Origin: PVC group bacterium
GTDB lineage: Bacteria; Omnitrophota; Gorgyraeia; B26-G9
Length of the DNA stretch: 64,000 nt
Direction: 5' to 3'
Assembly: GCA_024231215.1 (NCBI GenBank)
Contig: JAAEQR010000003.1
Span: forward strand, 22,660-86,659
Below, piece by piece: positions 1 through 9,252 of the stretch (positions within the stretch are counted from its first letter, which is position 1; each line of letters starts with the position of its first letter). Made by a program: the position numbers and the translations under genes. The notes under the pieces are model-generated. The model had not been told where the DNA came from and did no database searches. It saw nothing but the letters and a program-made list of their open reading frames with translations.

Positions 1-1
1 A

Positions 2-481
2 TTGATTGGGTTTAGAAGCGATTTCCTTGTAATGACTAGGGGTAGCGGGATTATGTACCAAAACTTTCTTGAATATCAGACCTATAAAGGCGATCTTCCT
101 ACCCGTCAAAGTGGGGTTCTTGTTTCACATGGAGCAGGTGATGCGGTGGCATACTCGCTTTTTAATTTGCAGCCGCGTGGTGAGATTTTTGTTAAGCCGG
201 GAGTGAAATTATATGAGGGAATGATTGTTGGTGTAAACAACAAGGGAGTTGACCTTGTGGTAAATGCTTTAAAGGGAAAGAAATTAACTAATATGCGTGC
301 TTCAGGAAGTGATGACACGATTTCACTTATTCCTCCTCGGCAAATGACCCTTGAGTTTGCGCTTGAGTTTATTGAGGATGATGAATTGGTTGAGATAACC
401 CCCAAACATATAAGGCTTCGGAAATTGAAATTAACAGAAGTAGATCGTAAAAGGGTGAGCCGCAGCGCTAAATCAAAATAA
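2..481 (+). CDS. typA: Translational GTPase TypA/BipA, C-terminal fragment (5' end lies outside the window)
   Basis: The ORF runs from the window edge. The translation (GFRSDFLVMTRGSGIMYQNF..LVSHGAGDAVAYSLFNLQPRGEIFV..YEGMIVG..NMRASGSDD..LEFALEFIEDDELVEITP) matches my recollection of the BipA C-terminal domain. Confidence 0.85.
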   Translation: MIGFRSDFLVMTRGSGIMYQNFLEYQTYKGDLPTRQSGVLVSHGAGDAVAYSLFNLQPRGEIFVKPGVKLYEGMIVGVNNKGVDLVVNALKGKKLTNMRASGSDDTISLIPPRQMTLEFALEFIEDDELVEITPKHIRLRKLKLTEVDRKRVSRSAKSK

Positions 482-511
482 TAGCATATTTAATATATTA
501 TTATATTTTAG

Positions 512-540
512 TTGACAAGTATTAGAAGTTAGAGTATACT
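512..540 (+). promoter_or_regulatory. Sigma70-type promoter of the cold-shock gene (TTGACA-17 nt-TATACT)
   Basis: TTGACA at 512-517 and TATACT at 535-540 with a 17-nt spacer. This leaves a leader of about 120 nt before the start codon at 665. Confidence 0.6.
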
Positions 541-578
541 TAATTTTGGTAGTAAATAAGGGAAGTAATGTCTTAGTC

Positions 579-617
579 CGCAAGGTAGAAGAATATTTGC
601 CTTGCGTTTTTTTGTTT
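579..617 (+). promoter_or_regulatory. Terminator-like hairpin plus T-run inside the csp 5' leader
   Basis: cgcaagg (579-585) pairs with ccttgcg (600-606) across a 14-nt loop and is followed by tttttttgttt (607-617). Confidence 0.45.
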
Positions 618-664
618 CTGCAATTATTTACTATTATTTTAATAAGAAGGAGGTGTAGTAAGTA

Positions 665-865
665 ATGGCAAAAGGAACAGTAAAATGGTTTAATAGTGCA
701 AAAGGTTTTGGATTTATTACTCCTGAGTCAGGCGATGATGTATTCGTACATCATAGTGCAATTCAGGGTGATGGTTATAAGTCTTTAGACGAAGGCCAGG
801 CAGTTGAGTTTGAAATTCAACAGGGCCCTAAAGGCGAACAAGCCACCAATGTAGTAAAGATATAA
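665..865 (+). CDS. cspA: CspA-family cold-shock protein (CSD, 66 aa)
   Basis: [15 protein letters not shown] (RNP1-like) and DVFVHHSAI (RNP2-like) motifs. AAGGAGG Shine-Dalgarno sequence upstream. Confidence 0.95.
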   Translation: MAKGTVKWFNSAKGFGFITPESGDDVFVHHSAIQGDGYKSLDEGQAVEFEIQQGPKGEQATNVVKI

Positions 866-878
866 TTGGTATGCAAAT

Positions 879-912
879 AAGGCCCGGCCAGAAATGTCCG
901 GGCCTTATTTAT
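879..912 (+). terminator. Intrinsic terminator after cspA
   Basis: GC stem ggcccgg / ccgggcc flanked by aa/tt, followed by a T-rich tract (ttattta). Confidence 0.7.
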
Positions 913-1082
913 AAAACCCAGAATTTACATTAGACCACAGCGAATAGCATTAATCTTTTTAGCTTAAACAAGTTCCAAAAAGCCTCGACGTACTTATGAG
1001 TATGTCTGCATTTTTTGTAACTGTTTAAACTTAAAAATTTTAGCACTTTTCGTCAGTGGTTAACGCAAAATCTAGGTTTATT
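911..1082. repeat. Imperfect palindrome of about 170 bp (arms about 911-982 and 1011-1082) with a 28-nt centre
   Basis: The reverse complement of 1011-1080 aligns by eye to 911-982, with shared blocks ACCAC, CGAA, TTTTTA, TTAAACA and CAAAAA. My rough identity estimate is about 75%. Confidence 0.5.
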
Positions 1083-1087
1083 AAATT

Positions 1088-1126
1088 CCACAGAGGTTTA
1101 GAAGCATTTACCTTGTGGTTTTTTTT
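1088..1126 (+). terminator. Intrinsic terminator-like hairpin 30 nt upstream of the ABC-F start
   Basis: ccacagagg / ccttgtgg forms 8 bp with one bulge and a 14-nt loop, followed by T8 (1119-1126). Confidence 0.6.
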
Positions 1127-1156
1127 CGGTTTAATTGTAAGGATGGATAATAGGTT

Positions 1157-2773
1157 ATGATTTCAGCTAATGGTGTGTCGCTGCAGTATGGTCAGCGGAA
1201 GCTTTTTTCAAATGTAAATATAGTTTTTAATCCGGGGAATTGCTATGGACTGATTGGTGCTAATGGTTCTGGTAAGTCTACGTTTTTAAAAATACTTTCG
1301 GGTGAAATTGATTATACAGCCGGGGAAGTTGTTGTTTCTAAGAACCAGCGGGTATCGATTTTAAAACAGGATCAGTTTGCTTTTGACGAATATACGGTAT
1401 TAAATACGGTGATTAGGGGGCATAGTAAGCTGTATGATATTATGACCGAGAAAGATGCTATCTATGCTAACGAAGATTTTACCGAAGAAGATGGGCTTCG
1501 TGTTTCAGATCTTGAGGCTGAGTTTATTGAACTAGACGGATGGAACGCTGAACCTAATGCAGCTAAATTATTAAGTAATCTGGGAATTCCTGAGAAATTT
1601 CATGCAATGCAGATGAAGCAGCTTGAGGCAGGGCAAAAGGTGCGGGTGCTTTTGTCACAAGCGCTATTTGGCAATCCTGATATCCTATTGCTGGATGAAC
1701 CTACGAACCATCTGGATGTTGAAACATGCATGTGGCTTGAGGAGTTTTTGTGTAATTTTGAAAATACAGCTATTGTTGTTTCGCATGACCGTCATTTTTT
1801 AGATAAAGTTTGTACGCATATTGCTGATATTGATTTTGGTAAGATCCAATTGTATTCTGGCAATTTTAGTTTTTGGTCAGAGTCAAGTCAGCTTGCATTG
1901 AGGCAGCGGACTGAATCTAATAAAAAGATAGGTGAGAAGAGAAAAGAATTACAGGAATTTATAGCTCGTTTTAGTGCTAACGCATCTAAATCCAGGCAGG
2001 CGACCAGCCGCAAAAAAACTTTAGAAAAACTTGCCCTTGAGGATATTAAACCGTCTTCCAGGAAATATCCATATATTAATTTTGAAGCTGAACGTGAAGC
2101 GGGTAATAATCTTTTAAGTATAGATGGCTTGTCAAAATCAGTGGATGGACAAGTTATGTTTAATGATTTGACGATACATATTAATAAGGGAGATAAGATT
2201 GCTTTTGTCGGTCAGTATAATCTTGCCAAGTCAGCGTTGTTTCAAATTTTAATGGGGGAGGAACAAACGGATGAAGGTACTTTCAAATGGGGTGCTTCTA
2301 CTAGCAGGGCATATTATCCTAAGGATAGTGCCGAATATTTTGAAGTAGATCTTAATATTGTTGAGTGGCTTAGTCAGTATACAGATAATACTGATCAGAA
2401 TTTTGTACGTGGATTTTTAGGCCGCATGTTGTTTTCCGGGGATGAATCCTTGAAAAAGGTTAAGGTATTATCAGGAGGTGAAAGGGTCAGATGTATGTTA
2501 GCGCGCATGATGTTAGTGCAGGCTAATGTATTAATCCTGGATGAACCGACTAATCATTTGGATTTAGAATCAATTACAGCTTTAAATAGAGGCCTTGAAA
2601 GATTTCCAGGGACTGTTTTCTTTTCTTCCCAGGATCATCAATTAGTGCAGACTGTGGCTAATCGTATTATTGAGATTACTCCGAATGGGTGTGTCGATAG
2701 AGCAGGGACAACATTCGATGAATATCTGTCTAATAAAAATGTTAAGCAAAAACAGCAGCAGCTCTACTCTTAA
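1157..2773 (+). CDS. ybiT: ABC-F family ATPase, YbiT-like (two ABC domains, no TM)
   Basis: Two Walker A / signature / Walker B sets (GANGSGKST, LLLDEPTNHLD; LSGGERVR, LILDEPTNHLD). The linker FSANASKSRQATSR and overall colinearity fit what I recall of E. coli YbiT. Confidence 0.85.
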   Translation: MISANGVSLQYGQRKLFSNVNIVFNPGNCYGLIGANGSGKSTFLKILSGEIDYTAGEVVVSKNQRVSILKQDQFAFDEYTVLNTVIRGHSKLYDIMTEKDAIYANEDFTEEDGLRVSDLEAEFIELDGWNAEPNAAKLLSNLGIPEKFHAMQMKQLEAGQKVRVLLSQALFGNPDILLLDEPTNHLDVETCMWLEEFLCNFENTAIVVSHDRHFLDKVCTHIADIDFGKIQLYSGNFSFWSESSQLALRQRTESNKKIGEKRKELQEFIARFSANASKSRQATSRKKTLEKLALEDIKPSSRKYPYINFEAEREAGNNLLSIDGLSKSVDGQVMFNDLTIHINKGDKIAFVGQYNLAKSALFQILMGEEQTDEGTFKWGASTSRAYYPKDSAEYFEVDLNIVEWLSQYTDNTDQNFVRGFLGRMLFSGDESLKKVKVLSGGERVRCMLARMMLVQANVLILDEPTNHLDLESITALNRGLERFPGTVFFSSQDHQLVQTVANRIIEITPNGCVDRAGTTFDEYLSNKNVKQKQQQLYS

Positions 2774-2799
2774 AAGAGCTGTAAATCTCATGATTTTAA

Positions 2800-2834
2800 C
2801 CCCTTGTAATGATATGTTTTGCAGGGGGTTTTTA
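2800..2834 (+). terminator. Intrinsic terminator after the ABC-F gene
   Basis: Stem cccctt(g) / (c)agggg with a 13-nt loop, followed by ttttt. Confidence 0.7.
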
Positions 2835-2940
2835 TTTGCTTGATATAAGATAAAAAAATGTTGTATGATTGGGGGTTTTGAAGGATAATAACGTGGTTAT
2901 TAAAAATAGGGGATTTGATTCATTGAATAGGAATAAAGCC

Positions 2941-3612
2941 ATGAGAATTTTATTAGTAGAGGATGAAAAGAAAATTGCCAGGTTCATCGAGCGCGGGTTA
3001 AGAGCAAATCGATATGTGGTAGATATTGCTTATACCGGAGAGAATGGGATGGAACTGGCAGAGATTAATCCGTATGATTTGATAATATTGGATATAATGC
3101 TGCCGGGAAAAGATGGGATAACTATTTGCCAGGAATTAAGGGAGTATAAGGTTGATGCTCCGATACTTATGCTTACTGCCAAAAGTGCAGTTGCCGAAAA
3201 AGTACTTGCTTTACAATCAGGAGCGGATGATTATCTGGTTAAGCCTTTTTCTTTTGAAGAGTTTTTGGCCAGGGTCGCGGCTTTATTGAGGCGTCAAAGA
3301 AGAGAGAAGACATCTTTTTTACAGATCGGTGATCTTGTGCTGGATCAGGTGTCGCATAAGGTTTTTAAGGCGGACAAAGAGATTGTTTTGACTCCCAAGG
3401 AGTATAGTCTTCTTGAATATATGATGCTTAATGTTGATCAGGTTGTGACCAGGGTCATGATTTCAGAGCATGTATGGAATGAGGATTTTGACAGCATTTC
3501 AAATCTAATCGATGTCTTTATCAAACATCTACGAAATAAAATTGATCCGACACGCGATAAGCAACTGATTCAAACAATTCGCGGAGTAGGATATGTCTTG
3601 AAAAGCAAGTAA
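2941..3612 (+). CDS. OmpR/PhoB-family response regulator (receiver plus winged-helix)
   Basis: MRILLVEDE..DLIILDIMLPGKDG..LMLTAK receiver motifs and a C-terminal LTPKEYSLLEYM..IQTIRGVGYVL. I prefer the ATG at 2941 over the TTG at 2869 in the ORF track. Confidence 0.9.
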   Translation: MRILLVEDEKKIARFIERGLRANRYVVDIAYTGENGMELAEINPYDLIILDIMLPGKDGITICQELREYKVDAPILMLTAKSAVAEKVLALQSGADDYLVKPFSFEEFLARVAALLRRQRREKTSFLQIGDLVLDQVSHKVFKADKEIVLTPKEYSLLEYMMLNVDQVVTRVMISEHVWNEDFDSISNLIDVFIKHLRNKIDPTRDKQLIQTIRGVGYVLKSK

Positions 3613-3614
3613 TC

Positions 3615-5096
3615 ATGAAAATCAATTCTATAAAATTTAAAATCTGCGTGCTTTATGTTGGCATATTAGGGCTGATATTGATTTCCTACCGGGGGTTGCT
3701 GTATTACAATTTATACCAAACATTATATCGAGACTCCGATAAACAGTTGATTGCAAAAGTCCGGGAAGTTCATAAAACTCTACGAATTTTTACGGTTCCA
3801 TTCGCAGAATCTAAAAGAGCTGTGATTTTTGGGGCACGAAAAATAATGGGTGTGAACGTAAACTTTCCCGATGAAGAAAAAATGAAAAAATCAGTTGCCG
3901 GATGGGAAAATAGAAGGATGCTGCTGGGGCTGAATCGGGATTATATTAATTTTTTAGATGAAAATGGGAAAACAGTAGTTAGTTCTCCGAATGTTGACCG
4001 AGGCTTAGCTAAGTTTTTGGAAGGATATGTAAGTAAAAAACCCGGCAAGAAGTCATTTTACAATATTGTTTATAAAGAAAGTTTAAATTTAAGAATTATT
4101 GTTCTGCCGGTGAATTTTGGAAAACTGGGCCGCTATACCATCCAGGTAGGAATATCTACCGATCCTATAATCTATATCTTACGCGAGCGCATTAATAAAA
4201 GTGCGATGAGTATCCCCCTGATTCTACTTCTTGCGGTTATTATCAGCTATTTTTTTGTCGGGCAGATTTTAAAGCCGGTAAAGCAACTTACAAAAATTGC
4301 GAATGATATTTCTCGCGGTAATTTAACAGCAAGAGTAAAAGTAGAGAATGTCGACGCAGAAATGAAATATCTTGCTGAATCTTTTAATGATATGTTGTCA
4401 CGTTTAGAGAAGGCTTTTACTTATGCGGGAGAATTTAGTTCATATATAGCACATGAATTAAGAACCCCTCTGACTATAATTAAAGGAGAGACAGAAGTTG
4501 CTTTAAAAACTGTCAGAAGTTTTGAAGAATGTACTAGTGTAATGGAATCGAATTTACAGGAAGTTGATAAGATTCTTGAAATCATTGACCATTTGTTATT
4601 ACTCTCAGATATTAATTTTCGCAAAGAGGCGGTAGGAGTTGAGCCATTAGATATATTAGAATTCATCAATGATATCAAAGAAAAAGCAGTACTGCTTGCC
4701 GTGCAAAAAGATATTAGTATGAAGTTTGATGTGCCGCAGGATAAAATTATGATCATGGCAAATGAAATGGAATTAAGACGATTGTTGCTTAATCTTATAG
4801 ATAATGCAATTAAGTTTACCCCCTTAAAAGGGACCATTGACCTGAGTGTTAAATGTGAGAATAAAAAAGTGTTTATTGCTATTCGTGATTCAGGTGTTGG
4901 TATTAACTCAGAAGAAATTTCCAAGATATTCAATAAATCATACCGTTCTGCTCAAGCTGAAGGAAATGCTAAGACAGGCAGCGGCTTGGGGCTGGCTATT
5001 GCACAATCTATTGCTAGAATGCACCAGGGGCATATTGAAGTGAAAAGTGTGCCTATGCAAGGCGCTGTATTCACTGTAATATTACCTATCCTCTAA
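3615..5096 (+). CDS. Sensor histidine kinase (2 TM, HAMP, HisKA, HATPase_c)
   Basis: H-box FSSYIAHELRTPL, N-box LLLNLIDNAIKFT, G1 IRDSGVGI and G2 GSGLGLAIA. The start is 2 nt after the response-regulator stop. Confidence 0.9.
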   Translation: MKINSIKFKICVLYVGILGLILISYRGLLYYNLYQTLYRDSDKQLIAKVREVHKTLRIFTVPFAESKRAVIFGARKIMGVNVNFPDEEKMKKSVAGWENRRMLLGLNRDYINFLDENGKTVVSSPNVDRGLAKFLEGYVSKKPGKKSFYNIVYKESLNLRIIVLPVNFGKLGRYTIQVGISTDPIIYILRERINKSAMSIPLILLLAVIISYFFVGQILKPVKQLTKIANDISRGNLTARVKVENVDAEMKYLAESFNDMLSRLEKAFTYAGEFSSYIAHELRTPLTIIKGETEVALKTVRSFEECTSVMESNLQEVDKILEIIDHLLLLSDINFRKEAVGVEPLDILEFINDIKEKAVLLAVQKDISMKFDVPQDKIMIMANEMELRRLLLNLIDNAIKFTPLKGTIDLSVKCENKKVFIAIRDSGVGINSEEISKIFNKSYRSAQAEGNAKTGSGLGLAIAQSIARMHQGHIEVKSVPMQGAVFTVILPIL

Positions 5097-5132
5097 ATCT
5101 CATCGCTTTATTTTTCCAAAGATTAAAAAAAA

Positions 5133-5154
5133 TTCATCTTATTTTCACCTTCTC
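5133..5154 (+). promoter_or_regulatory. Tandem 11-bp direct repeat (TTCATCTTATT / TTCACCTTCTC) upstream of a TATAAT at 5171-5176; possible OmpR-family binding site
   Basis: Two TTCAyCTT half-sites lie one helical turn apart, positioned where a -35 element would sit. They are between the two-component genes and the 845-aa secreted protein gene. Confidence 0.3.
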
Positions 5155-5230
5155 TTAATGATTGTTTAGATATAATTAATTATGAAAGAGATAAGGTATT
5201 ATTTGTGATTTCCAGGTTCAAGGAAGAAAA

Positions 5231-7768
5231 ATGGAAATAAGATATATTAAACAAGTTATTTTAGTTTTAGGAATGATAATGTGTGTGTGCGGTATCGTAA
5301 GAGATTGTACTGTTTTTGCTGCTAATCTAATGCTACCTGATAACTATTCATTTGAGATCATTATTAACCAATTTGATGACGAGGCTCCTATAGTGCAAGG
5401 GTGTGTTCCGGAAGTAAATGCCGCAGATGTTCCTCGTTCTACAAATATTCAAATGAATATTATCGATGGCAGCTCCGCAGTAGATATCAATTCCATAGAC
5501 CTTGAGGTGAACGGGGTTACAATTATTAATAATGGGATTACACAGATGTATCAGGATATTAACGGTGATATGCTTGCGTATGCGGCGGAGATCATCGAGA
5601 AAACTCCTAATGAATATATACTGATGTATGATCCAGAGGAATATCTTAATTATGAAGAAGATATTATAGTTAGTATAAGTGCAACTGATTTCGAGGGGAA
5701 TGTTCTTAATGGATACAGCTATGCTTTTAGAACGCAAAATTTCATGACCGGTTCATTTACTTCATTTGGCAGTGGCGGGACATTTGATTTTTCGATTGAA
5801 GGAGTGGAAGTGCAGACTGCGTTAACGCAATCTCTACAGGGGAATTCGTTTGTGAAAACTTCAAAGGACGGAAAATGTGTTTTTATTTGCTGGGAGCAGT
5901 TTTCTGTGAACGGGGTCTGGAATATTTACTGTGCGCGGTCAACTGATTTTGGTAAGAGTTTTGAAATGCCAGTTATGGTAAATCCTGCAGCAGTAGAATC
6001 AGAACAACGTTTTCCTGCGCTAGCGATTGATAGTGCAGATAATGTGTATATTTCCTGGCAGCAGAGATCATTGCTAGGAGATTGGGATATTTATATCTCG
6101 AAGATGGATAGTAGTGAAAGTGTGTTTGGTGATAGCTATTGTGTTTATGAAGATTTTGGGGGATCGGATCAAATCCATCCGTCAATTGCAGTTGGTCCGG
6201 CATTAACGGGGGATGGCAATCCTGCGACTTTAGAACCAGCTACTGTATATGTAGTATGGGTAGAAGATAATGGAACTGTTACGCAGATTTTTTATAACCG
6301 GACGACTGCAAATTATGGTGATCTTTGGTATGAGTTTGTACCTGTTAGCATCCGGGTGGATGATTATCGAGGGACGCAAATGCCGGCTGATCCGGAAATA
6401 AAAATAGATGACAGCGGTAGGACTTTTGTGGCTTGGAGAGGTGCAAATACCAATGATACATCGAGTCTATATTTCGATTATGCGAGTGCGATTCCCATAG
6501 ATGGCGGGGAGAGTTTTGGGTATGATGTGAGAGTTACTAGTGAGACTGCCGAAAATATTGGGGTGGATATAGCAGTATCATCTGATGGCAATAATGTTTA
6601 TCTGGTTTGGAAAGAATTAAAACAAGGGCTGAGCCGGCTTAAATTTTCTTATTACCGCTATAGTGGTTGGCGGTATGTGTTAACAGCGGATAGATATGTT
6701 AATGCTAATGCTTTAAATAATGAGGACTTGGGAGATTATGCGTTATCTATAGATAATGGTCGAGATGTATCGGTGGTATGGAGCGAGGTACGCTCAGGTA
6801 ACCGGAAGATTTGTATGGCCGGGGCATCATACAATAGTTATCAATTTTCTGAATATACCGCGCTTAGCACTCCCGGAGAACAGAAAAATCCTTCTGTGTC
6901 CATGGATGAAAATGGCGGACATTATTATGTTAGTTGGACGGATAATAGTAATGGCTATGATGCGATTTATTTTTGTCGGAATACATTTATAGTAACTGAT
7001 GAGATTACTTCTCAAAAAATAGAAAATGATATTGGTGGAACAATTACGGTTGATAGCGGAGCAATTGCCGGAACTATCCTTGATGTCCCAGCAGACGCAA
7101 TTGAAGCACCGATTACGATTACAATAACCGAAGTGGTGGGAGCCCCGGATGCTACGGCTGGTCTTATAAGGGTGGGTAGTGTCATTGATGTTGGGCCAGG
7201 GCAAACATTTTTTAATCTCCCGGCAAAAATAGAGATTCCTTATAAAGAAAATGATTTTATTGTCTCCGGCGTAAGTGATGAATTTTCTTTGCAGATTTAT
7301 TATTATAATATTGGTAAACTCTCTTGGGAAATCTTGCCTGGGAATTTGGTAGATATAGATAATAATAGTATTGCGGGTAATATATCTAATCTGTCGATGT
7401 ATATGATCGCCGGAGCCGATGCAGAGCAAATTCCGGATCCGAGTCCTCCTCCGTTACCGGATGATGGGCCTCCTCAGGGTGGAGAAGATAGTGAGAATAA
7501 CGGCAACGGCAATGGCGGAGGCGGTGGAGGAGGTTGTTTTATTGCGACCGCAGCGTTTGGAACAAAAATGGAGAATGAAGTGATCATCCTGTGCGAGTTT
7601 AGAGACCGCTATTTACTGACTAATGTACAGGGGAAGAAGTTTGTTAGAGAGTATTACCGATATAGTCCTCCGATGGCTGATTATATTGCGCAGCATGACG
7701 GATTAAGAGCAGTGAGTAGAGTTTACTTGACCCCTTTAGTGTTTTTAGCTAGAATGGTTTGTCAGTAG
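5231..7768 (+). CDS. Large secreted protein: signal peptide, Ig-like region, BNR/Asp-box-like beta-propeller repeats, Pro/Gly-rich linker, and a C-terminal CFIATAAFG module
   Basis: Repeated blade-like strings ([60 protein letters not shown]). Then [44 protein letters not shown] followed by [21 protein letters not shown]. Confidence 0.7.
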   Translation: MEIRYIKQVILVLGMIMCVCGIVRDCTVFAANLMLPDNYSFEIIINQFDDEAPIVQGCVPEVNAADVPRSTNIQMNIIDGSSAVDINSIDLEVNGVTIINNGITQMYQDINGDMLAYAAEIIEKTPNEYILMYDPEEYLNYEEDIIVSISATDFEGNVLNGYSYAFRTQNFMTGSFTSFGSGGTFDFSIEGVEVQTALTQSLQGNSFVKTSKDGKCVFICWEQFSVNGVWNIYCARSTDFGKSFEMPVMVNPAAVESEQRFPALAIDSADNVYISWQQRSLLGDWDIYISKMDSSESVFGDSYCVYEDFGGSDQIHPSIAVGPALTGDGNPATLEPATVYVVWVEDNGTVTQIFYNRTTANYGDLWYEFVPVSIRVDDYRGTQMPADPEIKIDDSGRTFVAWRGANTNDTSSLYFDYASAIPIDGGESFGYDVRVTSETAENIGVDIAVSSDGNNVYLVWKELKQGLSRLKFSYYRYSGWRYVLTADRYVNANALNNEDLGDYALSIDNGRDVSVVWSEVRSGNRKICMAGASYNSYQFSEYTALSTPGEQKNPSVSMDENGGHYYVSWTDNSNGYDAIYFCRNTFIVTDEITSQKIENDIGGTITVDSGAIAGTILDVPADAIEAPITITITEVVGAPDATAGLIRVGSVIDVGPGQTFFNLPAKIEIPYKENDFIVSGVSDEFSLQIYYYNIGKLSWEILPGNLVDIDNNSIAGNISNLSMYMIAGADAEQIPDPSPPPLPDDGPPQGGEDSENNGNGNGGGGGGGCFIATAAFGTKMENEVIILCEFRDRYLLTNVQGKKFVREYYRYSPPMADYIAQHDGLRAVSRVYLTPLVFLARMVCQ

Positions 7769-7804
7769 CATGTTGGCGTGAACCTACACATAAAGGTTAA
7801 TTAT

Positions 7805-8275
7805 ATGAAAAACTCTCAGAAAATAATGATATGGTTTCTTCCTGTAATTGTTATTGGTGGGCTATTTAATCCTTTGCTTGGTTATTTAGTCTTGGCAATG
7901 ATGGTGTTTTTATTAATCATGTCTTTTTTTAAAGGGCGATACTGGTGTTGGAATCTATGTCCCAGAGGTGCTTTTTTAGATATTGTATTATCGAAAGTTA
8001 GTGCTAAAAAGCCTTTGCCTAGGCTTGTCACAAAGCAATGGTTTCGCTGGATAATATTTGTTTTATTTATGAGTTTTTTGACGGTTCGAATTATTAGTAC
8101 CGGTGGAAATTACATTGCCATAGGTTTAGTTTTTGTGGTGATGTGCACAATAACAACTGTTATCTCAATTGTTATCGGTGTTGCCACAAAGCATAGGGGA
8201 TGGTGTATGATATGTCCCATGGGAACTCTTCAGGAGAAAATTCATAAAATAAATCAATCTTCCAAAAAACAATAA
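7805..8275 (+). CDS. Polytopic membrane protein with two C-x-x-x-C-P motifs (NapH/MauN-like 4Fe-4S-binding family)
   Basis: RYWCWNLCPRGAF and RGWCMICPMGTL motifs with 4 hydrophobic helices. I prefer the ATG at 7805 over the GTG at 7778. Confidence 0.6.
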   Translation: MKNSQKIMIWFLPVIVIGGLFNPLLGYLVLAMMVFLLIMSFFKGRYWCWNLCPRGAFLDIVLSKVSAKKPLPRLVTKQWFRWIIFVLFMSFLTVRIISTGGNYIAIGLVFVVMCTITTVISIVIGVATKHRGWCMICPMGTLQEKIHKINQSSKKQ

Positions 8276-8290
8276 TCGTTAGATTTATAA

Positions 8291-8328
8291 GGGAGGGGAG
8301 CTCAGAAAGAGTTCCCCCTTTTCTTTTG
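8291..8328 (+). terminator. Intrinsic terminator
   Basis: ggggagctc / gagttcccc stem with an agaaa loop, followed by ttttctttt. Confidence 0.75.
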
Positions 8329-8382
8329 ACTTTTCCCCCGGAACATGATACAAGAATAATATCATTTTAAATAGAAGGGATT

Positions 8383-9204
8383 TTGAAATTGGATATAATG
8401 TTAGAAGAAAAATTTGAAAAATTGAAGTCAATGCTAGCTTCGATGCAAAGCATCTTGATTGCATACTCCGGAGGGGTGGATAGTGCATTTTTGCTTAAAG
8501 CTGCGTCTTTAGTTGTTCCTGATAGTATTATGGCGGTAACTGCGGAATCTCCAACATATCCTTCCGGGGAAAAAGATAATGCGAAAGAAATTGCAAATAA
8601 TCTGGGTATCAGGCATATTTTAGTGAAGATTGATGAACTGGCTAATCCGGATTTTGTGAAAAATAATAAGGATCGGTGTTATTGGTGCAAAAAAGAGCTT
8701 TTTACAAAGTTCCTCGATATTGCTAAAGAGGAAAATTTAAAATATGTAGTCGAGGCAAGTAATTATGACGATACATTTGATTATCGTCCGGGGCTTAAGG
8801 CAGTAAAAGAGTTAGAGATAAGAAGCCCATTGATTGATCTGAAATTTACCAAGGATGAAATCAGGGAGGTGTCTAAATCGCTAGGGCTTTCAACGTGGAG
8901 TAAGCCTTCCATGGCTTGCCTATCTTCTCGATTTCCTTACGGAACGAAAATAACAGAAGAAGCTCTTAATCGTATAGACAAAGCGGAGATGTTTTTAAGG
9001 CAGGAAGGGTTTTCTCAGGTCAGGGTCCGACATTATGATGATCTGGCGCGAATTGAAGTTCCGGAAGAAGAATTGCCTAAATTACTGCAGGAACAGACAA
9101 GAAAGAAGATAATAGCTGAATTTAAAAAATTCGGATATGTTTATGTGACGATTGATATAGAAGGATATAGAAGTGGTAGTATGAATTTGGTGGATATGGG
9201 ATGA
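8383..9204 (+). CDS. larE: PP-loop ATP pyrophosphatase of the LarE (sulfur transferase) family
   Basis: SGGVDS PP-loop, CYWCK, and SMACLSSRFPYG near the C-terminal half. The start could be the TTG at 8383 or the ATG at 8398. Confidence 0.7.
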   Translation: MKLDIMLEEKFEKLKSMLASMQSILIAYSGGVDSAFLLKAASLVVPDSIMAVTAESPTYPSGEKDNAKEIANNLGIRHILVKIDELANPDFVKNNKDRCYWCKKELFTKFLDIAKEENLKYVVEASNYDDTFDYRPGLKAVKELEIRSPLIDLKFTKDEIREVSKSLGLSTWSKPSMACLSSRFPYGTKITEEALNRIDKAEMFLRQEGFSQVRVRHYDDLARIEVPEEELPKLLQEQTRKKIIAEFKKFGYVYVTIDIEGYRSGSMNLVDMG

Positions 9205-9252
9205 TGTCCTAAGACGCGATATGTCGCGTCTCTACGTATTGGATGATTGGGT

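Noticed and set aside
8285-8488. A minus-strand 67-aa ORF between the 4Fe-4S membrane protein and larE
   Set aside because: It spans the intrinsic terminator hairpin (8291-8328) and the 5' end of larE. It is most likely non-coding.
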